A stretch of 64,000 nucleotides of DNA from Phoronis australis (Eukaryota > Animalia > Phoronida), in assembly GCA_002633005.1 (NCBI GenBank), contig NMRA01000530.1:204374-268373 (forward strand), given 5' to 3'. The notes under the pieces are model-generated. The model was given only the letters and a program-made list of their open reading frames with translations, searched no databases and had not been told where the DNA came from. The position numbers were made by a program, and so were the translations under genes. Shown piece by piece: positions 24,701-37,040 of the stretch (its first letter is position 1; each line of letters begins with the position of its first letter).

Positions 24701-26937
24701 TAATGCTTGCTTACCCATCTTTTGATATACAGTGCCGATGTTGTTTAAACACGATGCCATGGTGCCTTGACTGGAACTTCCATGAAGTCGTTTTATCATA
24801 GAAAGCGAGTCTGTGTGATACACCAAGGCGGTTTCGTAGTCGCACATATTACTGTACGCGTTCCCAATGTTATTCAAACATGAAGCAACGGTGTCGCGAT
24901 CCGCACCACCACAAATTCGTTTTTGCATGCTCAAAGACTCTTCGTAGTGTTTCAACGCTAAAGCAGGGGAGCACATTTTACTATGCACATTTCCAATGTT
25001 ATTCAAACATGACGCTACGTCGTTGTCATCTCCATTTCCTATGATACGTCGTCTCATATCTAAGGAGTGTTGGCAGTATTCCAGGGCAACTTTGTAGTTA
25101 CCAACATTTAAGTGTGCACAGCCGATCTTGTTCAAGCACGACGCAATTTCTGGGTGGTCACTTTCTTTATAAATCGTTTTCATTAAGCTCAAGGACCTTT
25201 CGTAGTATGTTAAGGCCATGTCATGCTTGCCAACTTTGCTGTACATATCAGCAAAGCTGCACAGAAGTGACGCAACGGTACGTTGTCTAATACCATGTAT
25301 ACCTGAAGGTTCGATGACTATCGAGGTTTGTGCTGACGTATCACAACTTTCAGCTATACTGTCAATCAAATGCGTTGATTCACCCAGCCATTCCAATGCT
25401 TTTTTCTGCACGACGTCATCTATGGGGGCATCTAGTAAGCTCAAGTAATTAAGGAGCTTTTCAATATCATGAAAGCTTTTCTCTGTTGTAGATTGTGGCG
25501 AAATGAAAAGTTTGCCAGCCCTCAAAAGGTCTTCGTCAAAAAACTGCTGTTTGTTCGTGTCAAACGCAAAATCAGGACCTTGTGTACACAGAAAGACCAA
25601 GAGTGGAAAAACCGTGCAATGGTATCTCATGATCAGAAGATTGTAGTTGCTGTTCTCAGGCTCATCGCCAGTCAAGATTTGGTTCAACGTAAGCAGTGCA
25701 ACTTGCTGGTTATCATTGTGACCAACCACCCTCAACAGTGTGTTTATTGAAAACGCCACTTGCAGATTATGCTTTGCTTTTTCTGACAACATTTCCTTAG
25801 ATTCCATTTCATCAAGCGCGTCCCAAATGTTGTCGTTTTCCAGGCAAAATAGGGATTTTAATGCGGCAAAGAGCCCATCAGGGCAATTTTTTATTACCTT
25901 CGTCGGTTCCTTGTCTTCTTCCTCCAGGTGTCCACGCACCATCAACCTGTATGTTTCAAGTAATACGTCTCCACCTTCACTACCATCTATTTGTAGAACA
26001 TGAGTTAACCCATGACCACTTGGCAATGATAACCTATCACCGAATACACCTGCCATGTAACTGGGAGTCCCGACTAATGTGCAGCTTTCTCGTTTTGTTG
26101 TGCGAGAGTTGGGAGGAGTACTATCTAGTGAAAACCCGCTACCAACAGCGTCATCCACAAACCAATTTCCACCAGGTACATCAAGGTCATTTAGTGACGT
26201 GATATTCAAAGTACTGACGTCTGTTTCTCCCATGTTCAGGCCAATCATGTGGACAAGTTTCAGCGTGTTTTTGAAGTAGTCAATATCTTTGCAGTCATCG
26301 TCTAAAAGAATTCCCAACTTAATTTCGGAATATGTTGTAGCATCGCCTCTTGCCAAAGACCCAAAGGCAAGTGTAGCATAGTCGCAATTCGCTGGGCCTA
26401 ATATTTCTCTAGTCTGGGAGCAGAAATTCTTACACAAAGTCTTCACTTCAGAGTTCAAATTTTCAAGGAGTTTTCTAGTTTCTTCGACAAACATTTTTTC
26501 AAACTCAATTCGTTCATCCGTTGGTGCATCAAGTGTGAATTTGGCTTCAAAGTCGTCTAGTATCTGTTTGGCCTTAGAGGTTATGTCACGCCTACATGTT
26601 TCAAGCCTTTCTTTATTGTTAGGCTTGAAGTCAATGGGCAGCGTATCTTGATCTTTTGATATGGCTCGGCAGAATGTGGCTTCATTTTCTCTCAACAACA
26701 TTTCAAGATCCCGTTCGAGACTTGAATCTTTTACCCTAACTAAAGCAGCGTTATATAACGCAGAAGCGGTTACAAAGTGTTGCGTGGACTTAGTCAGCAA
26801 ACCTCGTTCTTTGTGAACACTTCCTATTTTCTGAAGTATTTCACCAACAGACACCGAACTCCCCTCAGTTGATGAGAGTTCTTTAAGTGATGCTGCGAGT
26901 TTTTTTTCCATGGCATCCAGCCGTGCGAGTCGTTTTT
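21731..26937 (-). CDS. Terminal exon: N-terminal TPR-like helix, DUF294/Pol-beta-like nucleotidyltransferase (degenerate active site) and ~27 TPR repeats
   Basis: Uninterrupted 1745-codon ORF with a phase-1 acceptor GTATTTCAG|AA at 26937; LGPANCDYATLAFGSLARGDATTYSEIKLGILL NTase signature; 42-44-aa units HPEIASCLNNIGxVY...YxxAL..Y..SL.M.KRI.G; stop at 21731. Confidence 0.92.
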
Positions 26938-28722
26938 CTGAAATACAGCAACGTTCGGGATATATCAAGTGATGAAAGATAGTTTAGATTTGAGACGCCA
27001 TGTTTTTATCGAAAGGTAGTAGAGGTATCCCATCAAATTTTCAGAACATGAAAACGAGTATAAATCACGAAACCAAGTTTTCTTCGGACCTAGAAAAGCT
27101 GAAAAATTTTGATATTTCTTAAAAACGTAAAAAAGAAGACCAATGGATACGTCATGATGGACCCAGCTCATGATTTTTTATTGTCTGTACGTGATCACGG
27201 TACCAGTTATCACGACTACATGTAATTTTGATCCGAATTCAAAATGAATCTGAGGGGTTATGGGCACGTAATTTGTTCAAATCTCTGAAATAATACATGT
27301 CGATTGGACCGGGCCCGCCAACATGTAGGTACCTGTCTTTATATATTGGCGCACTGCTGTTGCATTGCATTTTTGTTCTTCCGAAAGTACCTCCAATGTT
27401 ATGTGTTTTCTTTTTGATAAAATCGGTAGGCTGGATCTTGATTCCACAGAAAACCTGATTTGAATTCCCTGCCACAGGCTGCTATCGGCGAGTTACCCGG
27501 TCGAGGTTTAAATGTTTCCAAATGATGCCGATTAAGGATCAGAATTTGAAATGCCAGGCCTGAAACGTCGCGGAGGTATGTCCCGAGGAAGGCGGGCTCA
27601 TCATTGACTGTCGACAGTGCTTTTTTCTCCTGCAATCATCACTGCTCCACCTGTACATTATTTAGTAGTATCATAACGTATGATGTCATAATTTAAGAAT
27701 GCCATAAAACAGTATGTGTATATCGTATCCTGAGAGTTTGAGAGTAAATTACCACAAACAGCGATTCTAGAGCACCATTAGTGATTGCACCCTTCATGAT
27801 ATATGTACATGTACTCAAAACGTATATGGTTTTAGCAAACGCAGCTCCAAAAACGTGCACGGAAACAATCTATTCAGCAGATGCTGTATACTGCGTGTAA
27901 GGGGAATGTGTCAATTTTGATCGCTGTATACACACTGTGGTCCGAAAAGTATCATATTTAGTACGTAACCTATGTCCATATTTTTCGAAAGGTGTACACA
28001 ATAGGCCAGCTAGTATCTTTTGACATCATCGTGAAGCAACTTAGACAGCCCACTAAACAGCAATAGATAATTAAAATTTATCCCGATAGGAGCTAAAAGC
28101 GGTCCACCTTTTTTAATCATAACTCCCACTCCCTCTGGGAATTGCCCACTTCCATTTCAAATCCTATAATCTCGACTGTTTCAGTTTTCTGACATATTTC
28201 GGACAATATGCTGGTCGTTCTGCTCTGCAAAATATTTGTGTAATTAAACGGCAAAAAATCTTGCTTGTGAAAGACAGTGAGTTGATTTTGCCTTGGAAAT
28301 TCTTAGACACTCCTCACGAAGTCTCGATATTGTTGGGAGATCTGACTGAAAGAGGGCCTACGGCTGTGACCATTATTTGAATTAGCTACATTTCCGGTCT
28401 CCAGATATGTGACAACCAAACGTTCACTTGTTTCGGGCACACCATATTTGTGGAAAACTATACCTCAACGATTTAATCTGCTGCTGTTTACCATACTGTC
28501 CAGGACGATTCATGAATATGTCAAAAACTTTGGTTGCATTTTCCCACTCCCTGAATTCGCTCCCATTCTCCCTTTTAATCTTATATTCTAAAGGGGGGGG
28601 GGGACGATTCTTAATAGAAAATCTGGCAAAACGTGAAAATTGCTTTTTGGTGTATTTTTCTCACCTTGCTTTAACTCATTTGTTTGTCTTTTTTGCATGG
28701 GTAATAAATTGGATATACTGAC

Positions 28723-28804
28723 CAATTAACAAAATCTGATAAATCATGAGTCTCTGGAGGTTCAGATTCTGTAGTTCCTTGAGAAATTTGACTTTTAACT
28801 TCTC
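28723..28804 (-). CDS. Candidate internal exon (phase 0 to 1) EKLKVKFLKELQNLNLQRLMIYQILLI
   Basis: TTGACAG acceptor and G|GTCAGT donor; the phase fits a GC donor at 29570 and the phase-1 terminal exon. Confidence 0.5.
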
Positions 28805-29508
28805 CTGTCAAATAACTGACAATGCGGGCACTTGTCTCGGGCCACCTCTCAAAGAAAGGATCCCGTCTGAGAGTTTGCCCTTGACACGGCAGGCATGCTT
28901 CGTAAATACTGTACTCCAAATATGAAAGGCTATACCAATCAATATGGAAAGGAATGACGGTTGATACTGTAACCGGGTCAACTAACGTCCATCATACGAC
29001 TTCATAAAAACAAAATCAGAATGGAAATTGACCCCATCTTTGGGTCTTTCCGTGAGTAGCTCCTTCAGAAAAAGAGTGCCTTCAGTTACCTCAGCAACAG
29101 CTGGGATTCACATCAAATTCTATACATTGAACTGAAAAAGAGAAAGCATCTCTTATGGGAGAGGATTTAAAAATATGTGCAATACCAGTTTTCGGCATTT
29201 TTCGAAGTATATGCTATTAATTGCTCAAGCAACGACCCATGCTGCATTATTTTATATTTGTGGTCTACAAAAAATTCCCGGCTAGGGTCCCCAAAGCGTA
29301 AATTGACAGTGTTATCTACATTTTTAGATACTTCCTTGTGTTTTCTTTCTCCGAATGTTTCTGTTCTACGGCTTGTCGCTACACAGGTTCCATTCTCACG
29401 TTTGCGCTTAGTCTACGCCCACCCTCTTTCCATGCCTCCCCCAACGCCACCGAATCTCCCCCGCGTCCCCCTCTTTCTACGCATATGCACTTGCCATCTA
29501 TACTGTAC

Positions 29509-29658
29509 CTGTTGCTTCAGACAGTTCTACGTCAGGCAGCTTAGTTCCCTTTAGTAGTTTACAACTTGCCATTCTTAGAGTGTCATGCGATGCAGAGAGA
29601 GCTGTGAGTGCACGCTCGAGGTCGGCTTCTGCATCGTCTAATTTCTTTAAAAGGTCGC
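29509..29658 (-). CDS. Internal coiled-coil exon DLLKKLDDAEADLERALTALSASHDTLRM...
   Basis: Acceptor TGTCTTTTAG; donor either ATG|GCAAGT (29570, phase 0) or CAG|GTACAG (29509, phase 1); heptad-like sequence. Confidence 0.7.
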
Positions 29659-30370
29659 CTAAAAGACAAAATCGTGATTTATGTAGCTATTACTATCAAT
29701 GGACCCAAACGTGTGTTTTCAGTAACACGTTGTAAAATATAGCAGTTTAAACCCTCCCCAATACATGTCAATTGTCCCTTATTCATTATGATATTCATCT
29801 TTGAATTTGTACTCAAACAATACCGTAAAAGCAGAGGGGGTTATTAGTAAGCACTCGATCATTCCAAACATAAAAGTTCTATTCTAAGGCTGAAACAGGA
29901 AATTTGTCACAATTTGGCTACATTTGGAACAAAAAAGATCAGAAGTGGCTGTTGAAATGCGTACGAACGTTCAGATATTATACTTTGGGCAAAGCTCTCT
30001 ATACATTATTTTGTTTAAAATATCACTTTTGCTTAAAGTGCTATCAAAATTTATACTTTGAAGAATATTCAGAGAATAAAATAACAGTGATATTTAACAA
30101 GATGAATAAATACTAGAGAACTGTTGTGGAAATTCTGACTTCAACATTTGTCGAATTTTCCTGATACCAATTTTGCAAAGAAAATACTAGTAGTTTTTGC
30201 TGAACTTTACTGAAAATGTTGTCACGAGACCAATCAATGGTGGTTGGGTACGGAGTCGAAAATTAAATTCTACGCATTTTCTACTTCCAGGATTGTTTAT
30301 ATTTCTACTGATCAAGTTAAGCAATTAAGTACATATCTGTAAATATGCAAAGACATGCTGAGAAGGTTAC

Positions 30371-30422
30371 CATCAGCGTTAACTTGAATTTTCGTGTTTG
30401 AGGAGTTCCTAGCTTGATGTAG
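30371..30422 (-). CDS. Internal exon (phase 0 to 1) LHQARNSSNTKIQVNAD
   Basis: TTACAG acceptor and G|GTAACC donor; phases fit both neighbours. Confidence 0.55.
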
Positions 30423-31020
30423 CTGTAATCAAATCCGCCCAAAGATTAGACACTCATTTGCGTAATCCATGATGAACGTGAGCTCAAAATCAAAACAAAC
30501 ATTTTCAGTGTATACATACAAAATGTGTATGCCGATTAATTTGACGTTTTATTTCGAGTTCGGACATTTAATTTCATGCCTGAGGTTCCGTTTCATGAAC
30601 AATATTTTTGTTTCGCGTAAGCTTTTCCACAACTGCTTCCCATGACCAACGGATTGTCGTTGTGCAAAGCCCATCAATGAGTTCTCACCTAGCATTTTCT
30701 TAGTTTCTGAGGTTACAGTTAGATGATATGAAATACATGTAAATAGCTTAAAACTAAATATACACTTCTGATGCCAAACAGTGGCAATTTTTTTAATTTT
30801 GAAAAAATTAGTTATGTCCAAGTTTCTCCCAAAATGATGTATTGGGTGGAAGACGTTTGGTCACTTGACAGTTAATTGCAGTGGAGTACACAGCAGATCA
30901 GAAGACGAGGACGATTTTAAGCGAGAACTGGACAATTAATTTGCAGACTTAGCAGAAAGTGGATGCTGCATCATTCCACACTCTCGTGCGGCGCACAAAC
31001 CGTTGCCATTTCTGTGCAAC

Positions 31021-33642
31021 CAGTGGCGGATCTACGGAGGGGGTTCGGGGGGGTTTAACCCCCCCTAGGCCAGGACCCAAAAATTAAAAAAAAACGTCTC
31101 CAGCAAAACAAAAACGGTAAACCCAAAGTAAACCAACTTGGAAAAAAATGAGGGGGGGGGTTCACTCTGAAAATATACTTTTTTGCATTGTGAATTGCTG
31201 TTATGAAAATCAAAGCATTTCGAGTCTTCGTGGCTCATCGGCAAAACCCCTGAGATCAGTTGTGCGGGCGCTTCTGTCGACACTTCTGTAGTAGCCAAGC
31301 ATTTTAGACGGATGCACCTCTGAAAGGGCAGCTCTATAGCTGATTTCTTCAGGTAACTAGAAGTTTCTTTACTCTAAGATATGTTTTGATTTGATTAGGG
31401 GAAATACTGTGGTGCCGCAACCCTGATATTCAGGCGACTTGACGTGCCACGTTTTTACCTAATCTGTCATGCCGTGTCATCCTATTACATCCCACACGTT
31501 TGTAACTCGAATTTGACTGGTGTATATTAAAGATGTCCTGCGCAATATCATACAGTGTAAATGTGCATGTAATACTTTTGAAAAAAAAATGTTTTCCAAA
31601 GAATTGCTATTGTGGCAAGCGTCGTGGTCTGGTCGCAAGTCTGAAGATGCACTCTAACAGGTTATGTCTATTCAAGGAATAACCAAGGGGGCACTCACAT
31701 TGACAAAGCAACCGCATTCGCGAACAGTGTACAGTGCCAGAAGTTGCGAGGAGGCTGTATTTTCACAACAAAGTCTTGCGGGACTCGTGCGATGTTCAAT
31801 AGGCCTAGGCTTCCTAAAGAGCCCTAGTGCCGACCTCAACACCTACCGTCTTTCTACCTGCAATAAGCACCACTGCCGTTTTCTATACTGGGAATTTCCG
31901 CAGAAAGGCCAACCCGACAAAACGCCCATGCCCATGGGCATTTATTTGATGTTAGTACTTCGGGTTTCAAGCGTTCAGACATTGGGACGCTTATTTCGAA
32001 AATTGCAAGAGATGCAAATGGGTCCTGGGATACATCGTCAAGGTTTGAAGTAGTCCATGATGAACGGATCAAATTTAGTTGCGCATGCTGTAAGTCTTTT
32101 GAATGGACTTGGTAACCTCAGGGGGCTTAGTACCAACTGAGCTGCGAAACGAGATGCTGACTTTGTAGGGGCGTACAAGCTCATTGACACAGCAGTTGAC
32201 GAAGTGCAAGTGTTGGGAACAAACGTCGAAGATGTCTGGGTAGAATGGTTCCAAGAGGAGCAAACCATTGGATCCGATATACAGATTCCTCGGCAGTCTA
32301 GACAACAGAAAGATAGGACCAACGTTCCCGGAGAAACACCCAGATAATAAGTCATAATTCTACACAGTTTGTAACAATGTCGGTTTTTTATGCATGTGTA
32401 CAATGAAAACGAAAAGAAATGGTTTTGGACATGCCAAATTTACCACGTACAGCAGAGGGTCTACGAGCGCACAGAAACTGATTCTGATTTGTATTTCCAC
32501 TTGAGTTTATCTGCTTCATATCCAAAATCTAGTTCACGTAGTGCGTAGTTAAATCTGTACTCAATACTTCTTTCTTCCAGTGAGTACTACAGAACGGTGC
32601 GAAAACCCTTCCTAGACAAGCTCTCGCAGCAGTTGACCACCATATGTGTAAACTACACGTATGAGCAACCACTGGGGATTAAAAAGTGTCTAGAGAGAAG
32701 TTTTCAATTCACAATTTTTTGCAAAGTACGCTTTAGGTCTCGCGACGGACCAGGCCAGCTTGATTTGTGTAGATATCGAGTTTCAGTGTACTTCTGGTCC
32801 CTCGACGAACTTGTCTCGTGATGTTTTTTTTAACAAAGTGTGCTTTGTAAAACTATTTATCTCAGCCAGTAGTGTTTGGTCCCGCGACACATCGACTATT
32901 TTTATAGGGATAATAAGCACAGGTGTACTTTTAGTCTCGTGACGGACCAGGCCAGAATTTTTGTGTACTCTCAGTGTACATCTGGTCCCTCTGCGAACTG
33001 GTCCTGTTATCTTTTCACCACGGTGTACAAAATGTTTTGGTTTCGTGAAAATGTTTTCCGATTATTTGTTTCCTGATATATTTGACGTTTTTCAATTGTT
33101 TGCAACGTGATTCAGCTTAATGAAGTGATACTTATTTGTTTATTGTCGCTTTCAATAATAGACTATGAGCTGAGAGCACCATCGTTCACCAGTTTTTTTC
33201 GTAACGAGACAGAACACATATTTATTTCCGGACTAACAGTACAGGTCTTTGTTCGTAAACAGCTTGAGCCTGTTGCGGTCATCTGATATTCAAGTTTTTA
33301 CGCCTCGTCGGTGCTCCTTATGCTCTTGAATAATTGGTAGTTGCCTAAGCCCCTGTATACACATCACACTTTTTCGTATGCTAAAAAGGTGTGTGTAAGC
33401 AAATGTTCCAACAAAAATTTTTGCTGGTGGTGTGACTCATACACAGATGTGCACAAACTTATGAGCCAAGTTCATGTGACGAAATCGAGAAGGGCTTTCA
33501 ATTATCTTATGACATGTTAAGTGCCAGAAACGTACCAGGATGCATGGAAATTTCACTGTTTGGCTACAAAAACAAAAAGTTTACCCCCCTCCCGTGCAAG
33601 ACANTATCCTAACCCCCTCTTACTGAAAACGTAGATCCGCCA
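31021..33642 (+). mobile_element. Intronic, internally deleted hAT DNA transposon
   Basis: TIRs CAGTGGCGGATCTACG (31021) and CGTAGATCCGCCA (33630-33642); flanks TGTGCAAC/TAGGCAAC resemble a decayed 8-bp TSD; transposase remnants IPRQSRQQ..R.NVPGETP and EYYR..RKPFLDKLSQQL. Confidence 0.8.
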
Positions 33643-33726
33643 TAGGCAACTTTCACGTATTTAGAAAATTTGAACACAGAGACGTTCTCAATCAAGTTGT
33701 TGTTACTACAGCCTCCACAAACGCAC

Positions 33727-33787
33727 CTTTTCATGTATGAAAAAGGCGACTCTGTGCAGACTTTCCTCACAACTCCTCAGTATTGCA
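33727..33787 (-). CDS. Internal exon (phase 2 to 0) AILRSCEESLHRVAFFIHEK
   Basis: TTTTCACCAG acceptor and AAG|GTGCGT donor; requires the 34328-34364 mini-exon upstream. Confidence 0.5.
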
Positions 33788-34327
33788 CTGGTGAAAACAA
33801 CAATGGTGAAGGCGGTCTTCCAACCATTACGTACATGTACAACCTCGATAACAGAAAAATATTTTTCTGTAATTTTTGGCTTTTTTCTTAGCAACAGGTA
33901 TACTAAAGGCAAGTAGATCTCTTAAGAGGTATTACTAAAATTGTTTGTGAGACACAGGGTCATGGTGGGAACTCTTTAAGTCTAATTGCTAAATAATGAA
34001 TTGTATAAAGTATATATACAATTACACCATACTGTATACGCACCCCTAAGTGTGGAAACCAGATGTCGCCTAATCCGATTGCCAAAACTATGTCTGACCT
34101 TCATTAAAGGTAAAACTTCTCGTCTCAGATTATTTACATCAACTAGACTTAGTACACAATCCCAGCAACATTTTATAACGGCGATTTATTGAAACGCATC
34201 GGCGTCGGTGACCCCCATGCTTGTTATTTTACAGAACACACGACCCGCATCAAAATAAAAATTATTAACGTAGAAACTAGAATTCCAAAATTTGAGGTAC
34301 TCAAAACCCAGAAAAACGTTTACTCAC

Positions 34328-34364
34328 TCCGACGTGACATAATTAATAAAATGCGAATTTTGAT
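34328..34364 (-). CDS. Candidate 37-nt mini-exon (phase 1 to 2) QNSHFINYVTS
   Basis: Strong donor GA|GTGAGT, weak acceptor GGCTTAG; restores the frame between the flanking exons. Confidence 0.35.
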
Positions 34365-34947
34365 CTAAGCCGTTTAAACATTAAAATGGCATCGAGCAAC
34401 GGAAATGATCCGTTTTCAAAATGATTTAAATTATTGATATATTTGTAGGTGAATTTTCAGGTAACTCATGTTCATTTCACACTTTAACAGAGGTGCCTCT
34501 TGTTGTGATGTTATAATTTTCTATGACGTCATCCTTTTGTGACGTCATTCTTAAATCCTGTCAATATATTTTACAGTTCTTTTATACGTTTCTGCTTCAT
34601 TCTATTAGAAAAACATAGCACCTCTAACGGAAAAAAATAATTCCGTGAGCCTGTATTTTTGTGGATTTGTAGTTGGCAAGTACTAATATACAAAATATTA
34701 CTTTAAAAGCAGCGACAAATTTAAAACTGTCCAACCCCCAATAAGCTTGAAGTATTCTGTTCTTGTAATGAACCAAAAGTCGCAAAATAATGATTATACC
34801 AGACGTTACCTATCGAACTGGTGATAACAACGTTAAGATACATTTGAACACATGCAGTGAACTGTGTAGCTAAGAATTGTCAGCCAGTTTGCAAAAGTCA
34901 AATGAGCGCATTCAATTATTCGAGTCAAACAAAAAGAGTATTCTTAC

Positions 34948-35061
34948 TGTCTTTCTTCTCTGATGCATTAAACTTTTTCCTAATTTCGTCGTTATTCTTT
35001 CGTAAGTCCTCATATTCCTTTTGTAGCTCGTCAACCTGTTTCTCAAAATCGTCGGATTGAT
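34948..35061 (-). CDS. Internal coiled-coil exon QSDDFEKQVDELQKEYEDLRKNNDEIRKK...
   Basis: TTTCAG acceptor, A|GTAAGA donor, 114 nt, phase 1 to 1, clear heptads. Confidence 0.75.
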
Positions 35062-36365
35062 CTGAAATGAGTGTCACGTAATTTTGTAACAAAATCTTCA
35101 TTATAGCATACCGGAAAGCAACGGAATCACAACATAAAGCAGGGCTATGGTGAATTCATCTGTCCGTCATCCGGTGAATTTAGAGATACACATCAAGTGA
35201 TTGCAAATAAATTGTTCAGCTTTAGTGTATCTGATTTTGAAGATTTGTAAACAGTGGTAAGAGTGTCATTGCACCGCATTTAAGCGAATTTAAGGGCGAA
35301 GTAGAGGGTTGCCCCAGCCAATGCCCCTACTGGTACGGTCAAAGAAGAAAAACAAAGCAACAGGCATTCCGTTTTGGGCGTGCTAGAGGATATTTTTCCA
35401 TTTCGACTGGGCCTCTTTTTGACATTTTAATTATTGGTGCACCGTGTTCCAGAGCTTTATAACTGTTTTGCATTTGTCTGCATTATTTCGTTTAATTTTA
35501 AACTCATCCTTTCCAATTGAAACATAAAGATTCGCCCCAGTAAATAAATGGAGTCTTGGTTGTTTTAGTACCAACTTTGTACTTCGAGTTTACTCTATAA
35601 CATCAAAACAACCTTCCCACAGACACTACATTAGACAGCAAAACAATGTTAGCGACCTTACATTTGGCATATTTCATTCTTGGTGACCAATACTTAACAA
35701 TAGCACTACTGGTTGCTCGACTCGTTTGTATTGTGAGACGTATTATCAGCGCCCGCGGTTTCGAGGCCCAAATGTAAAAGTATACCAAACCTTGTTTTGA
35801 TGATTTCAACCAATTCTCGTTCTGTCACCTGCAACTACATCATTAGCGCTAATCTTCCAAGTTAAAGACAGGAATCAACTAAAAACTCATACTCTCGACC
35901 CTATCTCAAAATTAGACGCGATGGTCCTTGGTTTGGGGTCCTTTCCCACAGTTGCCGTGTGGTTAAAAAAATTTAGGTCACGCTTGCCCCTTAAGCAGAC
36001 ATTGAAAGGAGTTTTCAAATTTTGCTCCAAATTTTGAGGGTGTTACGGTTACAGAGCATTATTTTGTTGCAGAGAATTGTATGGGAAATTCAATTTTAGT
36101 ATTTCTTAATGGGACAAACCGAGCTTGGTATTGACCATAGAGTATGTGAAATTCACGTAGCACTAAAGAGACTTTATTTGAGAATACTTACAGAGGTTGG
36201 CGGAGTCAAGTTGTAATGTAATGATTTTCATAATAGAGTTTTATTAAGGATATGAAACAATGAAGGAAAAAGGTCATTTTGCAAAACGCTGAAAATGCCT
36301 TTGTATTAATATAAGCACATCCAATATTCCCATGTATTCCTAAGGGAGAATGACTAAAAAGGATG

Positions 36366-36601
36366 TCATTTCAAAAGACTAAAAATAGTTAATATAGCAA
36401 AAATAACAGGACGAGCGTCAGTAATAAATTGTATTAAAATATTCCCGATGTTTCGAGCGATGCGCTCTTTGATGGGATTATTTTAATATATTTTAGTACC
36501 GACGCTCGTCATTTTATATTTACTATTTTTACTTGTTTATATTCTTATCCCTGGATAACTGCACGGCATTCAAGCACCTTTTTGGTTCATTTCAAAAGAC
36601 T
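36366..36601. mobile_element. Short hairpin insertion with a 15-bp TSD, Penelope-like remnant
   Basis: TCATTTCAAAAGACT at 36366-36380 and 36587-36601; internal inverted arms GACGAGCGTC..TATTAAAATA..CCC / GGG..TATTTTAATA..GACGCTCGTC around CGATGTTTCG. Confidence 0.6.
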
Positions 36602-37040
36602 TTTATTCGAAAGTGGTTCTAAAATATTTCGAGGGAGATATTTATCTAAACCAAACTACAGTATGATGAAATAAAAATATTTCATCGTCAAGACGAGAAC
36701 TTTTTGGCATTCTCTGTAACATGCCACCTATTAATTTATGCAATATTTTGTTAAGCTGAGGTAAAATTGCAGATTTCATCAACATATGGGAATATTGGAT
36801 ATGAAGAAATTCATACAAAAACATTTTAATTTCTTTAAAATTACGTTTCTTTTATTATTTCATATCCTTAGTAAAATCCCGTTGTCATATTCCATGAATT
36901 GTAACATGACTCGGCCAACATTTTTCGGTTTTGCATGTTTTCGTATATAATGCCTCTTAATTATCTTGAAAACTTGAAGCAATGCGGAAAAGTTGCTCCA
37001 GATTACGAAATATACAAATATACCAAACCTGAAATCTCAC

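Noticed and set aside
22570-26279. Many plus-strand ORFs of 62-113 aa overlapping the TPR gene
   Set aside because: Antisense shadows of the repetitive coding strand; no independent motifs.
26938-26968. ORF-track start (TTG) of the 1745-aa ORF
   Set aside because: Non-ATG start lying in an intron-like pyrimidine tract; the acceptor at 26937 explains it better, though ATG 26911 as an independent start cannot be excluded.
21731-26968. Bacterial contamination as source of the long intronless ORF
   Set aside because: Flanked by LINEs, microsatellites and spliceosomal exons that join in frame; no operon context.
28671-29131. Minus frame interrupted only by four TGA codons (possible selenoprotein exon)
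   Set aside because: No selenoprotein homology or recognisable SECIS; four TGAs can arise by chance, and an overlapping frame gives a better splice-compatible exon.
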